In this document: in pieces, positions 1 through 6,908 of the stretch | Layout of the letters: each line of letters starts with the position of its first letter | How positions within the stretch are numbered: position 1 is the stretch's first letter | Assembly: GCA_040902005.1 (NCBI GenBank) | Contig: JBBDYA010000113.1 | Coordinates: forward strand, 1-15,139 | Source of the DNA: Gemmatimonadaceae bacterium | GTDB taxonomy: Bacteria > Gemmatimonadota > Gemmatimonadetes > Gemmatimonadales > Gemmatimonadaceae | Direction: 5' to 3' | DNA: 15,139 nt | Position numbers and translations under genes: made by a program | Notes under the pieces: model-generated | What the model was told of the DNA's origin: nothing | Databases searched by the model: none | Seen by the model: the letters and a program-made list of their open reading frames with translations, nothing else

Positions 1-9
1 CGTTTTGGC

Positions 10-65
10 AGGGGGTAGGGGGTAGGGGGTTTGACGTTGGGAGTTAAGGGTGGGAGGTTGGAAGT
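10..65 (+). repeat. Degenerate 7-nt tandem repeat, G-rich, 8 units
   Basis: Units read AGGGGGT x3 (10-30), then TTGACGT, TGGGAGT, TAAGGGT, GGGAGGT, TGGAAGT. Every unit ends in GT at exact 7-nt spacing. The tract contains the GGAGG RBS (53-57) of the next gene. Confidence 0.75.
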
Positions 66-68
66 GAG

Positions 69-863
69 ATGACAGCGGGATTCAGGATGTCGATTGGCGC
101 AGATCGAGGGGAGGTGGCCAGGGTCAATGCGACCTTTGGCGACTTCGCGGATGCGCACGACTTGCCGGCGGCGGTCCGACGCAGTATGAACGTCGTCCTG
201 GACGAGCTGCTGACCAATACCGTCTCGTACGGGTTGGCCGAGCGGGAGGGCGGCACCTCGACGATCGACGTGGATCTGCAACCGGATCGCTTGACGGTCA
301 CGCTCACCGACAACGGCACGCCGTTCGACCCGTTCGGCAGGGCCGTTCCCGACACGGGGCTATCCGTGGAGGAGCGGCAGATCGGCGGCCTCGGTATTCA
401 TCTGGTACGGCAGTTGGTGGACGACGTCAGCTATCACCGCCGCGGCGACAGCAACGTCGTGGTCCTGGTGAAGCTCCTGTCAGTTGGGGTGGCAGAAGGT
501 CATCACGGAGATGCGGGAGGGGGGAGGTCAATGGAGATCACAACGCGCATGGAGGGCGACGTCACCATCGTCGCCATTGCCGGTAGTCTCGACAGCATGA
601 CGTCGCCGGAGGCCCAGCAGGCACTCGACGCGATTCTCGCCGGTGGCGGCAAGAAGATCGCGGTGGACTTCACGGCGCTCGATTACATCAGCAGCGCGGG
701 CCTTCGCGTTCTGCTCGGCCTTGCCAAGCAGTTGCGGGCGACGGGCGGCGCACTGCGCACGTTCGGGCTGAACGCGACGGCGCGGGAGGTGTTCGACATT
801 TCCGGTTTCTCCACGATCCTTCCCGTGTTCCCTGGCGAAGCCGAGGCGCGCAAGGGGTTCTAG
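69..863 (+). CDS. Fusion of an RsbW/SpoIIAB-type anti-sigma Ser/Thr kinase (HATPase_c-like) and an RsbV/SpoIIAA-type STAS anti-sigma-factor antagonist
   Basis: N-terminal half has the N-box ELLTNTVSYG, G1 DNGTPFDP and G2 GGLGIHLV. C-terminal half from M155 has IAGSLD...DFTALDYISSAGLRVLL...VFDISGF, a STAS domain with the phospho-acceptor Ser motif. There is no stop codon between the halves. Confidence 0.9.
   Translation: MTAGFRMSIGADRGEVARVNATFGDFADAHDLPAAVRRSMNVVLDELLTNTVSYGLAEREGGTSTIDVDLQPDRLTVTLTDNGTPFDPFGRAVPDTGLSVEERQIGGLGIHLVRQLVDDVSYHRRGDSNVVVLVKLLSVGVAEGHHGDAGGGRSMEITTRMEGDVTIVAIAGSLDSMTSPEAQQALDAILAGGGKKIAVDFTALDYISSAGLRVLLGLAKQLRATGGALRTFGLNATAREVFDISGFSTILPVFPGEAEARKGF
516..533 (+). 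promoter_or_regulatory. Internal ribosome-binding site and in-frame ATG for a stand-alone STAS product (531-863, 110 aa)
   Basis: GGAGG (516-520) and GGAGGT (523-528) precede ATG 531. That ATG is in frame with ATG 69 and begins MEITTRMEGDVTIV, a typical STAS protein N-terminus. Confidence 0.6.
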
Positions 864-876
864 CGACGCGGCACGG

Positions 877-918
877 TTGCGGACCAGGACTGCCGCACGG
901 CATCATCTATAGTAGATG
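877..918 (+). promoter_or_regulatory. Putative sigma70-type promoter with an overlapping palindromic operator
   Basis: TTGCGG (877-882)-N18-CATCAT (901-906). A perfect AT-rich inverted repeat CATCTA-tag-TAGATG (904-918) overlaps ATG 916. Confidence 0.4.
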
Positions 919-981
919 CGGACCATCGCCCGCCCCACGGACCTCGAGGCCCTGCGGCAGCGACTGGGTGCGACGGCGTAG
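916..981 (+). pseudogene. 21-codon ORF (MRTIARPTDLEALRQRLGATA), probable 5' remnant of a truncated gene, possibly DUF1569/DinB-like
   Basis: Coding-like GC3 codon usage and a promoter/operator directly upstream. The peptide resembles, from memory, N-termini of DUF1569-type proteins. The ORF ends just before the palindromic repeat. The family assignment is unverified. Confidence 0.35.
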
Positions 982-992
982 GACCAGGCCTG

Positions 993-1084
993 GTCATTCC
1001 GACCGCAGCGAGGGATCTACTCTCGCGCTCTGGTTACCTGGTGCCGGCAAATAGATCCCTCGTCGCTTCGCTCCTCGGGATGAC
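993..1084. repeat. REP-like palindromic element of the CGTC-tagged type, 92 bp
   Basis: Outer arms GTCATTCCGA (993-1002) and TCGGGATGAC (1075-1084) pair with one G.T mismatch. Inner arms CGAGGGATCTA (1009-1019) and TAGATCCCTCG (1052-1062) pair perfectly over 11 bp. The right end reads GATGACG, i.e. CGTCATC on the minus strand. Confidence 0.8.
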
Positions 1085-1137
1085 GGCCCTCGAAGTCTTC
1101 AACGCCCTCGAGCCGCCCTGTGCTTCAACCTTCTCTC

Positions 1138-1180
1138 TTGCCATCGGCTGTCATACCCGCTATCTCTCGGTTTCCGAGAG
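1138..1180 (+). promoter_or_regulatory. Putative padR1 promoter with PadR autoregulatory operator
   Basis: TTGCCA (1138-1143)-N17-TATCTC (1161-1166). A perfect inverted repeat CTCTCGG-ttt-CCGAGAG (1164-1180) overlaps the -10/TSS region and ends 17 nt before the padR ATG. Confidence 0.6.
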
Positions 1181-1197
1181 GAACGACAGAGGCAGCC

Positions 1198-1536
1198 ATG
1201 GGAAAGGAGCCCGGCGAGATCATTCGCGGCACGCTCGACATGCTGATCCTGAGGGTCGTGGAGCTCGAGCCGATGCACGGCTGGGGCATCTGCGAACGAA
1301 TCCAGGGCATGTCGCGCGACGCGCTGCGCGTGCAGCAGGGATCGCTGTACGCGTCCCTGCACAAGCTCACGCGTGAAGGCTGGATCCGGTCCTACTGGCG
1401 CACCACCGAACACAATCGCCGCGCGCGCTACTACGAGATCACCCGCGCCGGCGCGAGACAGTTGCACGCGGAAACGAGCGTCTGGCGCCGGCTGTCCGAA
1501 GGCGTGGAGCTGGTATTGGCGGGCACGGCGCCCTGA
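1198..1536 (+). CDS. PadR family transcriptional regulator (ADOP-associated type), 112 aa
   Basis: Motifs IIRGTLDMLILRVV, MHGWGI, QQGSLYASLHKL and NRRARYYEITRAG form the winged-helix signature. Start placed at ATG 1198, after GAGG, rather than 1120. Confidence 0.93.
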   Translation: MGKEPGEIIRGTLDMLILRVVELEPMHGWGICERIQGMSRDALRVQQGSLYASLHKLTREGWIRSYWRTTEHNRRARYYEITRAGARQLHAETSVWRRLSEGVELVLAGTAP

Positions 1537-1549
1537 CCCGGAGTTGACC

Positions 1550-4180
1550 ATGCGATGGATTTCCGACGCGATGTTCCGTCTGCGCGCGCTCCTCTCGCGG
1601 CGCTCACTCGAGCGGCAGTTGGACGAGGAGTTCGCCTTTCACCTGGACATGCAGGCGCGTAAGCTGCGCGCCGAAGGAATGGCTCCCGAGCAGGCGGCCC
1701 GCGAGGCCGGCCGTCGCTTCGGCGATCAGTTCCGAGCCCGCGAGCAGGCGCGCGACCGCTGGGGCATCACGCTGGCCGATCAGCTGGTGGCGGACACGAC
1801 GTACGCGCTCCGCCAGTTCGTCCGCCGGCCCGCGTTCACCATCACGGCCGTCCTTACGCTGGGCATCGGCATCGGCACGACCGTCGCGATCTTCAGCGCC
1901 GTGCGCGGTCTCATGCTGCAATCGCTGCCAATCCCGGCGGAAGACCGTGTACACGTCTTCTGGTTCGACATGAGCTGGCGCGGCGAGGAGTTCGACTTTC
2001 TTCGCAACCGCCGGCACGGTTTCCAGGCCCTGGCCGCCTATGGAACGGACGCGGCCCGATTCGAGTCGCCCACGGAAACGCAGCTGCTCTTCAACGTCGT
2101 GTCGTCGGCGGAGCTGTTCGACGTCCTCGGCGTCCGCCCGCTCATCGGACGCGGCTTTGCACCGGGTGAGGACCGGCCCGGCGCAGAGCCCGTGATCGTC
2201 ATCAGCCACGGCGTCTGGCAGCAGGAGTTGGGGGGCGACCCGGGCGTCATCGGCCGCCGCCTCCTGCTGAATGGCGTGCCCACCACGATTATCGGCGTGA
2301 TGCCGCAGGGCTTTTTCTTCCCCACGCCGCAGTTCCGCGCGTGGCGTCCGCTGGCGCTGGATCCCGCCACCGCCGACTACGCAAACAACGGCTGGCTCAC
2401 CCTCATCGCGCGCTCCCGCCCTGACACGGATCCGGCCCGCGTTCGGCGCGACGTCGAAGCGCTGGGCCCCGCGCTCGGCGAGCGGTTCACGTATACGGAG
2501 GCGTGGGACAAGACGCGCAGTCCATCGGCCACGCCGTTACGGCAATACGTCCTGGGAGACACGAGGAAACCACTCGTGCTTCTCATGTCCGCGGTCGCGG
2601 TGCTGCTCTTGATGGCCACCGCGAACGCTGCCGCGCTCTTGCTCGCGCGCACCACGGACCGGCGCGAAGAGCTCTCGTTGCGCACGGCGCTCGGGGCCGG
2701 TCGCGGCCGGATCGCTCGGCAGATCGTGACCGAATCGGTCACGCTTGCACTCGTAGCCGGCATCGCCGGCGTCGTCATGGCCGTCGCAACCTTCCGCGCG
2801 CTCGTGGCGAGTCTGCCCATCCAGGACGACCTGCGCGAGCTGCTGGTGCTCGACTGGTCCAGCTTCGGCAGCGCAGTGGCGATCGCGATTCTCGTCGGCA
2901 TCGCTGTCGCAGTGCTCCCGGTTCGGCAGCTCGTCCGCTCCTCCGACGCCACCACCCCGGGCCGGGTGCGCTCGGACGCCGGCGGCACCAGCGGCGGGAC
3001 GCGGCGCGTTCATGCGTTGCTCGTCGCCGGAGAGGTTACGCTGGCGACGCTCCTCGTCGTGGGTGCGACGCTCATGATCCGGACTGTGGACCAGCTGCGC
3101 AGCATCGATCCCGGGTTCGAGCCATCCGGCGTCTACACGTTCGACGTCCTCACCGGCGCCGCGACGACCGAGCCCGGGGCGCGCCGGGCGTTCTACCGCG
3201 ACGTTCTCGACCGCGTGTCGCAGATCCCGGGCGTCACGCACGCTGGGTTGAGCAACCGACTGCCCCTGCGCGATGGCGGGTGGCAGGGACCTGTCCTCGT
3301 AGCCGACCGCCCGGATCTCGTCGGCGCGAGCCGGCCGTCCTCCTACTATAGAGTGGTCACGCCAGACTTCCTCGCCGCCATGGGTGCTGCGATGGCCGAA
3401 GGCCGAGGCATCGAGGCGTCGGACCGGGCGGGCGCGCCGGGGGCGGCGCTCGTGAACGAGGCGTTCGCCCGCCGGATCTGGCCAGGTCAAACCGCGGTGG
3501 GCAAGCGCGTCAGCATGGGCATGGACGGCGGGCGGGATCTGACCGTCGTCGGCGTCATCCGCGACATGCGGATGGTGAGCATGGTCGGCGACAATCCGAT
3601 GGCGGTGTACGTTCCCGTCGACCAGTCGGTGGCGAATCCGGACGGTCTCGTTCTCGCCGTGCGCCACAGCACGTCGCCCGACGCACTCGTTGCCGCCGTT
3701 CGCGAGATCGTGCGAGACCGGGACTCGGGCGCCCTGGTCCTGCGCCCGGCCCCGCTCGACCGCGCTATCTCGGCGGCGATCTCGGAGCCGATCAGGCTGC
3801 GGTTTCTTCTGTCGCTGCTTGGCGCGCTGGCACTGGTGCTCGGCGCCGTGGGCGTGTACGGCGTGGTGGCCTACTCGGTCGCAAGGCGGCAGGCAGAGTT
3901 CGGCATCCGCATGGCACTCGGCGCCACTCCGTCACGCGTCCGCTGGGAGGTCATGCGAGACGGCCTTCTCCCCGTCGCCGTTGGGCTGTGTGTCGGTCTT
4001 GTGAGCGCACTTGGTCTTTCTCGCCTGGTTTCGGGCTTCCTGTATGGCGTGACGCCAACCGACGCCGTGAGCCTGCTGGCAGCAGCCGCCGCACTCCTTG
4101 TCGGGGGGGCGGCCGCGGCGCTGGTACCTGCGGCTCGGGCCGGGCGCGTCAGCCCGCGCGAGGCACTGGCGGCCAGCTGA
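1550..4180 (+). CDS. ADOP-family duplicated orphan ABC permease (prefix domain plus two MacB_PCD/FtsX halves), 876 aa
   Basis: Prefix domain LDEEFAFHLDM...GMAPEQAAREAGRRFG, then RRPAFTITAVLTLGIGIGTTVAIFS. Two FtsX motifs: ELSLRTALGAGRGRIARQ and EFGIRMALGAT. ATG 1550 follows GGAG, 13 nt after the padR stop. Confidence 0.93.
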   Translation: MRWISDAMFRLRALLSRRSLERQLDEEFAFHLDMQARKLRAEGMAPEQAAREAGRRFGDQFRAREQARDRWGITLADQLVADTTYALRQFVRRPAFTITAVLTLGIGIGTTVAIFSAVRGLMLQSLPIPAEDRVHVFWFDMSWRGEEFDFLRNRRHGFQALAAYGTDAARFESPTETQLLFNVVSSAELFDVLGVRPLIGRGFAPGEDRPGAEPVIVISHGVWQQELGGDPGVIGRRLLLNGVPTTIIGVMPQGFFFPTPQFRAWRPLALDPATADYANNGWLTLIARSRPDTDPARVRRDVEALGPALGERFTYTEAWDKTRSPSATPLRQYVLGDTRKPLVLLMSAVAVLLLMATANAAALLLARTTDRREELSLRTALGAGRGRIARQIVTESVTLALVAGIAGVVMAVATFRALVASLPIQDDLRELLVLDWSSFGSAVAIAILVGIAVAVLPVRQLVRSSDATTPGRVRSDAGGTSGGTRRVHALLVAGEVTLATLLVVGATLMIRTVDQLRSIDPGFEPSGVYTFDVLTGAATTEPGARRAFYRDVLDRVSQIPGVTHAGLSNRLPLRDGGWQGPVLVADRPDLVGASRPSSYYRVVTPDFLAAMGAAMAEGRGIEASDRAGAPGAALVNEAFARRIWPGQTAVGKRVSMGMDGGRDLTVVGVIRDMRMVSMVGDNPMAVYVPVDQSVANPDGLVLAVRHSTSPDALVAAVREIVRDRDSGALVLRPAPLDRAISAAISEPIRLRFLLSLLGALALVLGAVGVYGVVAYSVARRQAEFGIRMALGATPSRVRWEVMRDGLLPVAVGLCVGLVSALGLSRLVSGFLYGVTPTDAVSLLAAAAALLVGGAAAALVPAARAGRVSPREALAAS

Positions 4181-4278
4181 GTGCTGCCGCGTTCTCCATG
4201 TCGAGTGTATGGCGCTCAACCGGTGCCCAGGTCAGGCTGCTCACTGGCCGAAACGATGCCCGTGGGCCATCGTAGGAC

Positions 4279-6231
4279 ATGACTTCACGCCACACGACCA
4301 CGCTCCTTCTCGCGATCATCGCAACCATTGGGGCGGCGGACTCCCTCGCGGCCCAGGGCCCGGCAACCGCGGGCGCCGCGAGCAGGGCCGCGCCGGTGTT
4401 CGAGAACGGCATGGCGCAGGTGGTCCCGGCATTCGCGGACTCCAGCACCTGGATCCGGCAGAATCTCTGGGTAGAGACGGACCTCGACACCGATCGCGAT
4501 GGACGCAGGGATCGCGTGCACGTGGCCGTCACGCGTCCGCGGCAGACCGACACCGAGGGACTCAGGGTCCCGGTGATCTACGGCTCGAGTCCCTACTACG
4601 CAGGCGTCGCGCAGAGCTTCGCCTTCTGGGACATCCGCCAGGAGCTGGGCGCGGAGCCGAACCCGCGCGGCGCGATGCAGGGGGCGCCGTATCGTGGCGA
4701 TCGCACGCGCATCTCCAACGCGCTCGTCGGCACGTGGGTGCCGAGGGGGTTCGCGGTGGTGCACTCGGAGGCCACGGGCACCGGGCGCTCGATGGGATGC
4801 CCCACGATCGGCGACACGCCCGAGCGCACGACCATGAAGTTCGTGATCGACTGGCTGAACGGACGCGCGACGGGCTACACGACCCCTGCCGGCAGTGAAG
4901 AGGTGCGTGCGACGGCGTGGTCCACGGGCAAGGTCGGGATGATCGGCACTTCATATGAAGGAACGCTCCCGCTGGCCGCCGCCACGACGGGCGTGGAGGG
5001 TCTCGAGGTCGTGATCCCGATCGCGCCGAACACGAGCTACTACCACTACTATCGGTCGAACGGGCTGGTGCGCTCGCCGGGCGGCTACCCGGGTGAGGAC
5101 GTGGATGTCCTCTATGACTTCGTCGCGAGCGGCGACTCGACGAATCGCGCGACCTGCGATCGCCTCTGGAAGGACGGAGTCTTCGCCGCAATGGATCGCC
5201 GCACCGGCGACTACAGCGACTTCTGGGAAGCGCGCGACCTGATCCCGCACGTGAAGAACATCCGCGCGGCGGTGCTGTTGGCGCACGGGCTCAACGACTG
5301 GAACGTGATGCCGTCGCACAGCGTGCGCATCTTCGAGGAACTGCAACGGCTCGGCAAGCCGGCGTCGCTGTACCTGCACCAGGGTGGTCACGGCGGGCCG
5401 CCGCCGCTCGAGATGCAGAACCGGTGGTTCACGCACTACCTGCACGGCGTGGAGAACGGCGTGCAGGCTGACGCGCCGGTGTGGGTGGCGTCCAGCACGG
5501 CCGCGGATTCCGTTCTCCGGCTGGCGCGCACCCTGCCGCGTGAAGATCGTCGCCGGCTCCAGATGCCGCCCGCGCTGCCGCAGGCGTCCTTTCCTGCTCC
5601 AGGCGTTCAGGTCGTGCAGCTGCACCCCACACCAAATGGCCGAGGCCTTGGCGGCCTGTCCCTCACGCCGTCGTCCGCGAGCGAGTCGTTCACCGATGCC
5701 GCGCTGAGCGGGAGCGCACTCGCGAGCGCGTATCCGTCCGCGAACCGGTTGCTCTATGCGACGGAGCCGCTGCGCGACTCCGTCAGGATTTCGGGAACCG
5801 TGCGCGTGACGTTGCGTGTCGCGTCAGACCGCCCTGCCGCGAACCTGAGCGTCTGGCTGGTGACGCTTCCCTTCGACTCCACGAAGATCGGCAGCGAGGG
5901 GCGCATGAGCGTGGTGACGCGTGGATGGGCGGACATCCAGAACCACGCGTCGCTCACGCAGGGCGGTGACTACCGGTCGAAGGCGAAGGGTGAGCCGTTG
6001 GTGCCAGGACAGTTCTACGACGTGACGTTCGACCTGGAACCCGACGACCACGTGATCCCGGCTGGCAAGCACCTCGGCGTGATGATCATGTCCACCGACC
6101 CGGAGTTCACGCTGGTGCCGGCGGCGGGGACACAGCTCACGGTGGATGTGGCGGGCACCGCGATCGCGATCCCGGTTGTCGGCGGCGTGGAGGCGCTGAC
6201 ACGCGCGGGGTTCATACGACAGGTACCGTGA
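4279..6231 (+). CDS. pepX: Secreted Xaa-Pro dipeptidyl-peptidase (peptidase S15, CocE/NonD family)
   Basis: N-terminal signal peptide ending ...DSLAAQ, and WVETDLDTDRDGRRDRV. Catalytic motifs: nucleophile GTSYEG, Asp in HGLNDWNV, His in HQGGH. A C-terminal PepX_C-type beta domain is present (VTRGWAD...LEPDD). Confidence 0.9.
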   Translation: MTSRHTTTLLLAIIATIGAADSLAAQGPATAGAASRAAPVFENGMAQVVPAFADSSTWIRQNLWVETDLDTDRDGRRDRVHVAVTRPRQTDTEGLRVPVIYGSSPYYAGVAQSFAFWDIRQELGAEPNPRGAMQGAPYRGDRTRISNALVGTWVPRGFAVVHSEATGTGRSMGCPTIGDTPERTTMKFVIDWLNGRATGYTTPAGSEEVRATAWSTGKVGMIGTSYEGTLPLAAATTGVEGLEVVIPIAPNTSYYHYYRSNGLVRSPGGYPGEDVDVLYDFVASGDSTNRATCDRLWKDGVFAAMDRRTGDYSDFWEARDLIPHVKNIRAAVLLAHGLNDWNVMPSHSVRIFEELQRLGKPASLYLHQGGHGGPPPLEMQNRWFTHYLHGVENGVQADAPVWVASSTAADSVLRLARTLPREDRRRLQMPPALPQASFPAPGVQVVQLHPTPNGRGLGGLSLTPSSASESFTDAALSGSALASAYPSANRLLYATEPLRDSVRISGTVRVTLRVASDRPAANLSVWLVTLPFDSTKIGSEGRMSVVTRGWADIQNHASLTQGGDYRSKAKGEPLVPGQFYDVTFDLEPDDHVIPAGKHLGVMIMSTDPEFTLVPAAGTQLTVDVAGTAIAIPVVGGVEALTRAGFIRQVP

Positions 6232-6243
6232 GCGGCGTGCATA

Positions 6244-6272
6244 TTGGCAGCGTCGACGCGTCCTGCCATGTT
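6244..6272 (+). promoter_or_regulatory. Putative promoter for the 6321 gene, overlapping a short inverted repeat
   Basis: TTGGCA (6244-6249)-N17-CATGTT (6267-6272). Inverted repeat TGGCAG (6245-6250) / CTGCCA (6263-6268). Confidence 0.3.
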
Positions 6273-6320
6273 GAGGAGCGGCGTTCCGCCCGATAGTCAG
6301 GATTCAGCTGATAGGACTCC

Positions 6321-6848
6321 ATGGATATCAAGTCACGCAAGGCAAGCCTCGAGGTGCTCTCGGAGTCGGACCGCGAGCGGGTGCTGCAGCGTGCGGTCCA
6401 GATCGACGAGATGCGCGGTAGCCCCGTCGCGGACGTGCGAGCCGCCGCCGCGGAGGCGGGGATCTCCAATGAGGCGTTCGATCAGGCAATCGCCGAGCTG
6501 GAGCGCGAGGCGGTTGGTCCTGTCAAGACTGCGCCCGCGCGCAGACGCTCGCTCGCGATCGCGGTGGGCCTCGTCCTGGCATTGGCAGGCACCTGGGTCA
6601 TGCGGCGCGCCGTTCCCGTCGAAGTGCCCGCGACTCCCGTCGAGCAGTCGTTCGTTCTGCGCTGTCTCTCACCACAACAAGCGGCGGACCTCGTGCGGCC
6701 GGTGCTCGGCCAGGGCGGCACCGTGGTGTCGCGCGGTGAGGCGTCGCAGGTGCTCGTTGTGCGCGGCACCGATGCGCAGGTGGCGCAGGTGCGTGTGTTG
6801 CTCGACGAGCGGGACGCGGCGGCCTGCCCTGTGTCACCGGCACCCTGA
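6321..6848 (+). CDS. Single-pass membrane protein with a C-terminal secretin N-terminal (NolW-like) domain, 175 aa
   Basis: Helical N-terminal region (aa 14-63), then RRR and a hydrophobic helix (aa 78-94). The C-terminal part, FVLRCLSPQQAADLVRPVLG...VLVVRGTDAQVAQVRVLLDERD, matches the beta-alpha-beta-beta-alpha pattern of Secretin_N repeats. AGGA lies upstream of the ATG. Confidence 0.7.
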   Translation: MDIKSRKASLEVLSESDRERVLQRAVQIDEMRGSPVADVRAAAAEAGISNEAFDQAIAELEREAVGPVKTAPARRRSLAIAVGLVLALAGTWVMRRAVPVEVPATPVEQSFVLRCLSPQQAADLVRPVLGQGGTVVSRGEASQVLVVRGTDAQVAQVRVLLDERDAAACPVSPAP

Positions 6849-6908
6849 CTCGGGGTAGCCGCGCGCATGCTGATGCCGCTCTGGTTCCGATAGCGCGCAA
6901 ACACAACA

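Noticed and set aside
1086..1129. Short direct repeats GCCCTCGA x2 and CTTCAAC x2
   Set aside because: Too short and irregularly spaced to be a CRISPR array or iteron set.
2537..3667. 376-aa minus-strand ORF and other long ORFs overlapping the ADOP and pepX genes
   Set aside because: Shadow ORFs of GC-rich coding sequence. They are Arg/Ala/His-rich, show no recognisable motifs, and lie wholly within well-supported genes.
4253..4273. Hairpin ACGATG...CATCGT just before the pepX start
   Set aside because: No U-tract and no recognisable riboswitch features. It cannot be distinguished from chance.
6244..6259. Sigma54-like GG-N10-GC (TTGGCAGCGTCGACGC)
   Set aside because: The -12 element is ACGC rather than TTGC, which is expected by chance in GC-rich DNA.
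6867..6893. 8-codon uORF MLMPLWFR in frame with the GNAT gene
   Set aside because: No convincing SD or attenuator structure, and too short to support. Read-through of the TAG has no evidence.
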